The position numbers were made by a program, and so were the translations under genes. The notes under the pieces were generated by a model that saw only the letters and a list, made by a program, of their open reading frames with translations, was not told the DNA's origin and did no database searches. Positions 14,201 through 22,821 of a stretch of DNA of 64,000 bases are shown here, piece by piece (position 1 is the first letter of the stretch; every line of letters starts with the position of its first letter). This stretch comes from Tubiluchus corallicola. Its lineage: Eukaryota > Animalia > Priapulida. Where the stretch lies: positions 682,001-746,000 of the forward strand of contig JAQGDQ010000053.1 of assembly GCA_030141605.1 (NCBI GenBank), written 5' to 3'.

Positions 14201-17200
14201 AACTTATACTTCCTCATTATCACTGTTTTCCAGAACTTTGCGGCAGACGGATAGCACTTTATGTTAAAGAGGCACTTCATGCTGTATCTGTCAGTTATCC
14301 TTCATCATTATATAAATTTTCACAGAAGATTCTTACCGAGCTGGAAAGTGGGCAAAGTATACTTTTTGGTGGACTATACAGAAGTCCATCTTCATCAGTG
14401 GAATGCAACAACTGTCTTCTAGAACTAATGTCCTAATCGCACAGAGTCACACGTGGTTTGTTGTGGGGACTTTAACCTTAGTGGAATAAATTGGGATAGT
14501 TGGTCAGTTAATGTACCAGAAGGATGTCTGCTGAAGAAACTAAGGGACTCGTACCTGAAACAGTTGGTGACATTTCCTACCAGATTCCGCATTAACAAAG
14601 AGCCTAGTATTACAGGTTTAGTGTCAGCGAAAGACTCCAACAGCATTCACGATTTACACTCCACCTCCCATTGGCAAACGTGACCACCTCGTGTTGATGT
14701 TTGACATTGCAGTACATAGGTCAGCAGCAAAATGTAGTACAATGATATACAATTACTACAGAGCAGATTTTTTGTCTATTTTGCAAGCACTAGCTGAAGT
14801 GTATTGGATTTCCCTATTTTAGAATAAATCAGCAGCAGAATTTTGTTATGAATTTGAGAATACCATCCAGCGTCTGATCACAATGCACGTACCACAAAGC
14901 AGTGTTATTAAAATGAAGGCAAAACCCAAATGGATGACACAAGAAGTTTTACGTAAAATCAAGAAAAAGAAGGCATTATGGAATAGATACCAACGTAGCA
15001 ATTTTGAAGAGCATTAGGAACTGTATTGTGCAGTGCAAAATGAAGTAACTGCTGCAGTAAGACAAGCCAAACATAATTTTGAGAAGACTCTGGTAGGGGA
15101 CTGTGTAAGAAATCTCAAGGTTTTGTGGGCCTATGTCAATTCGAACATTAAATGTAAAGAGCATGTTGCACCCTTAATGAAACAAGATGGCAGCCTAGCA
15201 GTATCAGATCAAGATAAAGCTCAGGTCCTAATTGATTTCTTTTCCTCCGTCTTTATGTAAGAGGACACAACTCAACTTGCAGATGTTAAATTACTTGAAG
15301 TGCCGTGTGACCAGTTAAATACTATTTTAACTACCAAAAACAAAGAAACTCAATGAAAATAAGTCCATGGGACATAATGAGATCCATCCGGTTGTGGTTA
15401 AAAAATGCGAGGAGGTTCTCTACACACCACTCATGATTATAACAAGCAAAAGCATGTATGTCAGTGTCATCCCTGCCTCTTGGAAATTAGCCAATATCAC
15501 TGCAATACACAAGAAAAAAGGTGTAAAAGGCCAAGCTACAAACTATAGACCAATCAGTCTTACTTCAGTTATTTGTAAACTCTTGGAAGGCATTATCCGT
15601 GATAAAGTTTATGCACACGTACAAGAGAACAATTTGTTGCATCCTGCACAGCATGGTTTCAGGCGTGGCAGATCCTGTATCACCAATCTATTAGAAAGAG
15701 TAGAGGAATGGTCAAAAATCTTAGACTCAGGTGACCAAGTGGATGCAGTTTACTTTGACTTTTTCAAGGCATTCGACCGAGTCCCTCAGCCTATGGTACT
15801 GGAGGCATGGTATGGCAATGGTCTGTGAATTCCTAAGAGATAGAAAACAATATGTACTTGTCAATGGTATTAAATCTATGTAGAGTCCTATCACATCTGG
15901 CATTCCGCAAGGCAGTGTCATCGGACTGTTATTATTTACGCCTGTCAATGATTTGCCTAATAACATCACCTGTGCAAGTAAACTGTTTGTTGATGATACC
16001 AATATATATGGCATAGCATCTAACCCAACAATGCAAGCTAATCTTCAAAACAATATCAATTCAGTAAATGAGTGGTGTAACAAAAGCCAAATGGACTTCA
16101 TCCTAGAGAAATGTAAGGTAATGACTGTGGGTAGAGTTGTTTCCCAGTCTAGCTATGCCATCAGCTCTGGTAATCAAGTGTCAAATATTAGCAAAGTTGA
16201 TAAGAAAACAGACCTTGGAGTCATTGTAGACAGCAGCCTTAACTTCCGGCCTCATATCGCTTACATCTCACCATAGGCTCATTACAGGTTAACTACAATC
16301 ACGCGCAATTTTCAATTTCTTGATAAAACAGTGGTTCTGAGGTTATATAAGTCTTTGGTCAGACCCATCCTTGATTACGCAGATGTAGTATGGGACTCTA
16401 TCCACGCAGTAGAGAAAATTCAACGAAGAATGACCAGGCTGATTCCAGGAATGAGTAACCTAACGTATTCACAAAGGCTTCAGGAAATTGGTGTAACCAC
16501 CCTTAAGTATAGGTGCATGAGACAGGATATGATCTCTACATGGTATTGACAAAACACACATGGATGATGTTACAAGATGTCAACAACAAGAACAACAGAC
16601 AAGAGGTCATTCGTACAAATTACTCAAGCATCGTATTCAGGGCAGTTGATCAAAACGACAGCATGTATTTTCATTCAGGGTTGTCGATCCGTGGAACAAG
16701 CTTCCAGCAAATGTAGTTGAGGCAACAAACATAGGCAATGTAAGGGACATCTTGACAAACACTGGCAGCAGTATTCATCAAAATTCATAGACCCACATTA
16801 CCCCAATGGGAACAAAATGTTCTGATAGCATGACCTTCCTCTATCTGCGGTGGTGCCACTACATTCGAAATCTCAGTTTTAGTTAGTTCAGTATAGTGGA
16901 GGGGCAAATAGCATTTATGCTAATACACCCATCTCTGGATTATGGATACCTATTGCATTGGAAAATTGGTCGCTGAGAAACAGGCGCAAACATCGCATTA
17001 GTTAATTAATGGAACAGTCAATCATTCATTATTTAATAATTTGTTGAATAGTAAGTTAAATTAACAAATGTGAACGATGAAAATGTTTAATATAACAAGT
17101 GATTATGTTCTTCGTGAGGTCACGATATGATGCACTGTTCTGGAAAGGGGTCACCGTCAGGAAAAGGCTGGGAACCACTTATTTAACTGATGTGTTTAGT

Positions 17201-17374
17201 GACACGCAAGTTTCCGTCACGTACACCAGCCTTTTTAGGTGTGTCGATGTTGGAATAAACACTTGATGACTTACCCCAGCTGCGCCCTGTCCGGCCCAAT
17301 ATTTCGCCTTTTTCGGAATTGTAAAGAAACGAGGCAAATCTCTCAAATCTACCCTGCTCTCGTTCAGCACCCAT
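4963..17374 (-). CDS. ATP1B: Na+/K+-transporting ATPase subunit beta (nervana-like), 6 coding exons, 299 aa
   Basis: Exons 17374-17275, 10371-10231, 7613-7473, 6967-6810, 5711-5592 and 5202-4963 join with GT-AG sites and consistent phase (900 nt). Hallmarks: FLYNSEKGEILGRTGRSW, single TM (LIGLFFLIFYICLGGFFAI), NPGLGF, GNPCIYITLNKIYGWEP, FYPY, ECKAW, VHFEIMID*, six extracellular Cys. Confidence 0.96.
5592..5711 (-). CDS. ATP1B: Na/K-ATPase beta exon 5
   Basis: IYGWEPELYTS...DHIPVSCDGE, donor gtaaga. Confidence 0.94.
6810..6967 (-). CDS. ATP1B: Na/K-ATPase beta exon 4
   Basis: DEHFFECDTQKPPVDRVCRF...FGYNVGNPCIYITLNK. Confidence 0.94.
7473..7613 (-). CDS. ATP1B: Na/K-ATPase beta exon 3
   Basis: GLGFEPFVDVEKTLIWFRSSKEGAHTYKPYVDRIATFLRPYDSDKQQ; cttcag acceptor, gtaggt donor. 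Confidence 0.93.
7606..7888. repeat. Tandem duplication (~147-bp unit) spanning the exon-3 splice acceptor of the ATPase beta gene
   Basis: acctaaacctgaaga...ggattgcaaata present twice (about 7606-7753 and 7753-7888). Confidence 0.85.
10077..10140. repeat. Perfect tandem duplication, 32 bp x2
   Basis: acaatacattagtaagtgcctacgtatacata x2. Confidence 0.9.
10231..10371 (-). CDS. ATP1B: Na/K-ATPase beta exon 2 (transmembrane helix)
   Basis: GLIGLFFLIFYICLGGFFAINMVIFDATLNDYRPRYYGKQSIMGGNP; ttttag acceptor, gtatgt donor. Confidence 0.93.
11400..12700 (+). mobile_element. Decayed, 5'-truncated non-LTR retrotransposon (RT fragments; clade not determined)
   Basis: Frameshifted RT motifs: IPEEW..MTVKSIYKNKG..LKNRRGI, FMDAEKCFDKLWL, QRTVWGP, IYVDDI, YKYLG, IPSLTFNMEVW. 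Confidence 0.85.
13053..17180 (+). mobile_element. Charlie/Buster-type hAT transposon remnant, interrupted by the CR1 LINE
   Basis: Right end ggggtcacc...aaaaggctgggaaccact (Charlie-like TIR); degenerate left end tatgggttcccaattagggtcgc; ttcgtgaggtc near both ends; transposase C-terminal relic CIGKLVAEKQAQTSH* at 16954-17001. Confidence 0.6.
13269..16947 (+). mobile_element. CR1-clade LINE, near full length but pseudogenised (ORF1 + APE-RT ORF2)
   Basis: ORF1 relic (RKNCVIIHGI, YINPDMTWEER); APE (TNVDCLTNK, YRSPS, GDFNL, QLVTFPTR); RT (NYRPISLTSVICKLLE, QHGFRRGRSC, DFFKAFDRVP, GIPQGS, LFVDDT); C-terminal LYKSLVRPILDY and RGHSYKL; 3' hairpin tagcat-tt-atgcta followed by ctggattatggat tail. 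Confidence 0.92.
17275..17374 (-). CDS. ATP1B: Na/K-ATPase beta exon 1
   Basis: MGAEREQGRFERFASFLYNSEKGEILGRTGRSW, donor G|GTAAGT. Confidence 0.92.
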
Positions 17375-18271
17375 CGTTTCGTTTCTGGTTAGAACTTTTT
17401 CGTTAGAGATAAGACCTTCAACGGCACGAGAAAACTTGTTATAGAAAAATGGCCGGTATAACATACAAAATTAGCCCGCGATTCTGTAACCTACCTTTTT
17501 ATATCTGTGACTCGATGAGTTTCAGTACGAAGTCATACATATGCACACAGTAGTAGTCGCATTATGACATTTCAGCACAATTAAGCAGGCTAAGTATTAG
17601 GCTGGGCGAAGCGCACCTGAGGTAAGTCAACAAGTTGCATTGTAATTATAGCAAAACAATGATCTGACAAAACAATAACAATTTATTCACTTACATGATT
17701 TGTGGATAAAATGCACTCATGACAAAACTAAAACTCGTCTGGTGTAGCACTGTCAGTGCGCTATCATAAATTACCTGTTTAATAAAAAATTAACAAGTAA
17801 ACCTGGTAATGGCGCTCATAAAATAGGTTGCATGGCTTTTTCTTTGACAGCCAACATGAAAACTCGATCCGCGACTTTTAACTGTCATTTAAATTACAAC
17901 TTTACAAACGTTTTGAATACCCGTGAAAGCATCGCTACTAAAAACTTCTGTGAAACTGTCAACAGGGGTTTGCCTTTTTTCATTATTTCTTTTCTCGATG
18001 GAAAGGCTTTAAAAAAATTAAAGTCATAGGTGTTTTTGACACAGGCTATTTCGACACAAACATAGACATAAACATAGACATAGATATTACAAACGTTTTG
18101 GGCTTATAGGCTATTTGGACATGCAGCCTACTTAAGCACTAGGGTTTTGGATACACAAGACATTTGGACATGCAGTACATCTGGACACAATGATATGTGG
18201 ACACAAGGTAACTAGGACACACAGGGAATTTGGACATAAGGTAATTGTGACATATTACTCATTTGGATATA

Positions 18272-18627
18272 TGGTGTTCCATCGCTACTTCGCTGTTCGT
18301 TTATCACGAATTCGCTGTTTTGCTGGTTTTCAAAAACATTAATGCAAAATATTTGTCACGGTACTCCGTCAAAATTACGTATCAAGGTTTAAGAGTTTAA
18401 AACATTTTTTATGAACATTTACGTAAAGTTTTTTAAAAGGTACATGTACAGCATGGGAAAGTTATTAAGGGAATGGGAAGGGGTTACGTATAAGAGTGTG
18501 GGAGGGTTTATGAAGACTTAAAAGAATGTATAACTACAAACATAAGTATAGCGTCCCTGCTTCGTGGAAATTCACTTATCGCAGGTGGGCCTGGAACGGA
18601 ACACCTGCGTTAAGTGAGGGAACATTG
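18272..18627. mobile_element. Tigger/pogo-like (Tc1/mariner superfamily) MITE
   Basis: Termini tggtgttccatcgctacttcgc ... gcgttaagtgagggaacattg, TA on both flanks; resembles CAGTGTTCCCTCG-type Tigger TIRs. Confidence 0.7.
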
Positions 18628-19968
18628 TAAAGTGATTTGAACAACACGTAAGCTATTTAGACACTATGAGGGAGGTTGTTTCACATGGGGCATTTGGACA
18701 TTACTTTTAAGTGTCCTTAAAAGGACATTTGGACACTACTTAAAAGTGTTCTTGATCAGGATATTTAGACACATAGATAATTTGGATGCATAAACTGTTT
18801 ATACAAAGTGCAATCATCTAGATTCAACCAGAGCAGGGCATCATATTTTAGCAACATAGGTTACCTCGAGCTGTGTGAATTTAAACTGCTTTGTTTGCAA
18901 AGTTCGATGGGATTTTTGATGTCTAAAAAATCAAGGATTAAACAAACGATATAATCTTATTATCTATCTTAAAAGATTCTTTTTTCCAGCTTCCTCAAAA
19001 CCATCTTCCCTATCAGTAATTGCAGTCTGCAGGTCAAAACGGAGGTTTTATATGGCGACTTTTCTTGCTATAATAACTTTTCAGGCTGAACTGAAACACG
19101 AAAATCTAATGGGCAATTAAGTCTGATAATAATGCAATATAGTTCAAATCGAATTTGAACTAAAAAACTCGACATTTGAACTCAGATATTTTATGCTACC
19201 CTTAATTGGCAAAAGAAGTTTTTTCATGGAAGATTTTTCTTTACAAGTTATTAAAATGGGCATTAAGAACTCTCTATCAGATAACAGCAATTATTAACAG
19301 CATGTTAAAATTGAACACGGCTTGAACACGACCTTTTATCACAAGCATACTGTACGGATGATGCTTAAAATCAATAGCAAGGCGGTAATCTCTATGTATG
19401 TCAGCTACTTAGGGAAATTTTGCCTCTTCAGTTTTTTATTTGAGTTTTACGGCTATGAGACAAAGCTATTATTTGGTTAAATACTTACTGTAAAATGTCA
19501 GTCAGATTGCCAATCTGCTTTTAACTTCTCGAAAGTTAGGTGGAGCTGTGACAGCTATCCTTTTTTATATACAGACTTATGAGCAGCTTTTGTTGCTAGA
19601 TTCATTACTCCTGATAAGTAAGAAGTGAAAATAAGTTTGTCAACTGGGTTAACCAAAAGTTGAGATGCATTTCGTTAGTGAGGCTACCTCAAGGGAGGAT
19701 TCTCAAATGATAACAAAAAATAAGCTTCGCATGTTTTAGTGTCCTACAGTTACAGTATTGAATTCTTGATTGTGTCAAAATGATGTGTGTTCAAAACACC
19801 TACTATCCAAATAGCCTATCCCACCAAAATATAATTATGAGTCTGAATGGCCTGTCTGTCCAAATAGCCTCTGTGTTCAAAAATCCTTGTGTCGAAATGA
19901 CCCATGTGCCCAAATGACTTGAGTCCAAATAACCTATATGTCAAAGTTACCTATTGTCTATTGTCCAA

Positions 19969-20439
19969 TAGGGGTGAGCATCGAACGTTTGAGTTCGAAC
20001 GTTCGAATCGAATTCGAACGCTCGAATTCGATTCCAACGAGTTTTTTTAGTTCGAACTCGATTCGAATCCAAAATTATAGATTCGAATAATTCAGCACTT
20101 CAATCACATATGTTCCTGATCACTAAAACGATTGAAACAACATGCAATTAGCGTAATTTAGCAGTGATTTCTGTGCACAATTTTAAACAAATTACTAGTC
20201 GTTTTATTGCAGAACAAAATCTAGTGATACACATGATCTTTGTAAGACTAATTTTCTCTGTTGGTTCGAAAACTTGTTCGAAAATCGTCCAATCTCAATT
20301 CGTATTCGGTTCGAATTCGAAACACTGAAGTTCGGTTCGATTCGAATTCGAAAGTCACAAATTTGGTTCGATTCGAATTCGAAAGTCACAAATTCGGTTC
20401 GATTCGAATTCGTTTTCTGGTAGAGAATGCTCACCCCTA
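19969..20439. mobile_element. hAT-superfamily MITE (471 bp) with TTCGAA subterminal arrays
   Basis: Perfect 13-bp TIR TAGGGGTGAGCAT/ATGCTCACCCCTA; perfect 8-bp TSD ttgtccaa (19961-19968, 20440-20447). Confidence 0.92.
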
Positions 20440-20899
20440 TTGTCCAAATGACCTATATGTTTAAATGTCTTAAGTCCAAAGCACCTTTCTGTCGAAATAG
20501 CCCTGCACATAAATATGTGTTGAAATAGCCTATGTGCCCAAATCACCTTGTGTTCAAATGACCTATGTATCATAAGTGTCTTGGGTCCAAATAACCTATG
20601 GGTCCAAAGGTCTTGTGGCTGAACATCCAGTGCCCACATGTGACGTGTCTGTGTCAAAATGTCTGCATGCCAAATTAAATTTTATATGGTTAGAGATTTC
20701 ATACCATGTACAAAGTGATAAATTTTGTTACCGTGGTCACTAACAATAATCGTAAAAATAGTGCGCATTGGATTGGAATAGAAATGTTTCAGTATTCAGC
20801 AGGTGCAATGTTATGTAGCAAGAACACTGACTGATTTGCAATGACTGTTGTATAATGAAAGGCCTTTCTGTTGACATCAACTGTTTTTGTGAAGAAGAC

Positions 20900-21290
20900 A
20901 AAAATAAGCCGAGCTTGAGGGCAGTTGGTAGATATGTTTAGTCTTTCAGTGGACTTGATTGAGTTTGTGAATGCATAGAGAACTGAACCATTTACATGGG
21001 TACATCAGAGGGACATATATTATAAATGTACGTGTGAGGTATCGAGTTCTCACCTAAAGACGAAATCCATTCAGATATTTCATCAACACCAGCATCTGGA
21101 CATACTTTATTTAAATTACCCCAGTCACAAGACAGCAAAAATTGTCGAAAAAGATTAAAATCTGCACACTCATATAACCAAATGTTTCTAGTAAATGCTG
21201 ATCCCATCAAATATTTAAGATTTAAATATAAATACGTGGGGCAAAGGTTGCTACAAATTGATGTAACATCACCTAATTTGTGTGCTAATT
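20900..21290 (-). mobile_element. Degenerate LINE ORF2 fragment (post-endonuclease linker, CR1/L2 group-like)
   Basis: RNIWLYECADFNLFRQFLLSCDW...SIP matches the R.IW.Y..AD...FR..L...DW linker of LINE ORF2. Confidence 0.6.
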
Positions 21291-21596
21291 AGTTTCAATG
21301 GTTTGTTTGTAATTTTTAATAGTTAACTATTAATTCATGGAAATTCTCATACAAAAAAAGATAGCAAAAAACTCGTTCTTAGCAAAAAACGTCAATCAAA
21401 AGAATGCAATATTGGTAGAACAATGTTGTAGTAAATTCTGTATTGTTGTACTGATGTTTAATATTGTCATGCGGTTAGACCAAAGATCTAAAAACTATCT
21501 GAATAAGAACTGACACGGAAAAGTTCTTGAATCAAGTGCTGTTTGTTTCTAACTACTGTACCAACTTAGCAGGTGTTAGTTGTCAGGTGATACGGG

Positions 21597-22542
21597 GTGT
21601 TGGGAGCCGTTTGGACCACTGCGCCAAGTAGACCACTTGATGCGCTAAAAGTAGTGTCCTACATGGGCAGCCCAAGTAGGACACTAGCGATTTTTGTCGA
21701 GAAACTTGCTCTGGCAAAACTTGTTTCCAGTTTATATTACCATTGTTTATAAGTATTGTTATGACATAATAAAGCATAAAACAAAATTTCTTTTAGAAAT
21801 GGATATTCCTTGGCAATTTACAAATGCATTTCTTACAATAATTTCATCATTATGATTAACTCCATTAATATATCATAACATTAAAACTAGTATCTAATGC
21901 TTTAAAGAGAGAAATTCTGCACACAGTTATTACAGAAATAATTGCAAATTTAAAAATGAGACAGATGCTGCTAAGCCTTCACAACACCAAAAAGTAATTT
22001 TTGACATTTAAGAAAAGCAAGGATAATTAGTTTTAATATTATCAGTAGTATTGTAACATGTAGGGCACTGTCCTACATGGCTCGCTAGCCCATGTAGGAC
22101 ACATAGATCGCTAGAACATTTACTTATAAGAAAACAATTATTTGCCCAAGAGGTAGTGAAACGGATCACCTGTTTGTGAAGTGAGACAAAATCAAAAATG
22201 ATATACCTTAAACAAATGTTGAATTCGCAAAAAAGTGGGGTTTTTTCACTTCAACAACATTAATATCGAAACCAAATTTAATATTGTCCCTTCTACCAGC
22301 TCAGAATAAAATTCTTTTATTTTATTAGATGTATAATAAATTATTCAACGTGTATTAACGTTTTTAATTATTATTATTACATAAACAAGCACAACGGACG
22401 GTGTCAGTACACTTAACGACTGAATTCACGACCTGTCTCTAGTGTCTACTTGGGCTAGCCCAAGTAGACCGCGGTCTACTTGGGCTAGCCCAAGTAGACC
22501 AATTGGTCTACTTGGCGCAGTGGTCCAAACGGCTCCCAACAC
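21597..22542. mobile_element. Non-autonomous DNA transposon with ~38-bp perfect TIRs and internal palindromes (possibly Ginger-like)
   Basis: gtgttgggagccgtttggaccactgcgccaagtagacca at left, exact reverse complement at right; flanks cggg(g) / (c)ggg; no internal ORF. Confidence 0.85.
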
Positions 22543-22585
22543 GGGTGATTCTGTTGGAAGTCGTATAAATTTGAAATAAAAGACC

Positions 22586-22821
22586 ATGGAGCCTTGTATA
22601 GTATATTCTAGTAGGCCTGAATGTTGTGTATCTCATCAGTTTGGAAGGGAAGTAGAAGTATCTGTTTCGCAACTTTTTATTGCTTTCTGTAATCATCTTA
22701 ATTTGGGTCAGTGGGAACTAGCTGGCAACTGTTTAGCAGAGTTGTACAACCGCAAGGATATTCGTGACAGTCCTGTCGAGGAATTGATCAAAGATGTGAT
22801 TTCATTTCCACAACACTTTTG
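22586..22821 (+). CDS. ZFYVE26: ZFYVE26 exon 1
   Basis: accATGg context; MEPC...HQFGRE...GQWELA; donor TG|GTAAGT. Confidence 0.88.

Larger units (their letters stand above)
18030..20670. repeat. Foldback-like element: degenerate ~16-17-bp minisatellite in two oppositely oriented arms
   Basis: Left arm (18030-18270, 18630-18790) repeats xxATTTGGACACA; right arm (19770-19968, 20440-20670) repeats TGTGTCCAAATxx; outer ttttgacacag (18034-18044) / ctgtgtcaaaa (20649-20659). Confidence 0.65.

Noticed and set aside
17183-17464. Longer N-terminal extension of the ATPase beta ORF from 17464
   Set aside because: Family similarity begins at MGAERE (17374); the upstream 30 codons are more likely UTR or intron.
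18030-18270. Regularly spaced repeats as a CRISPR array
   Set aside because: Eukaryotic context, short degenerate units, no spacers and no cas genes.
19980-20412. TTCGAA arrays as heat-shock elements or a CRISPR-like array
   Set aside because: Spacing is TTCGAA rather than the HSE pattern TTCnnGAA, there are no unique spacers, and the arrays are explained as subterminal repeats of a hAT MITE.
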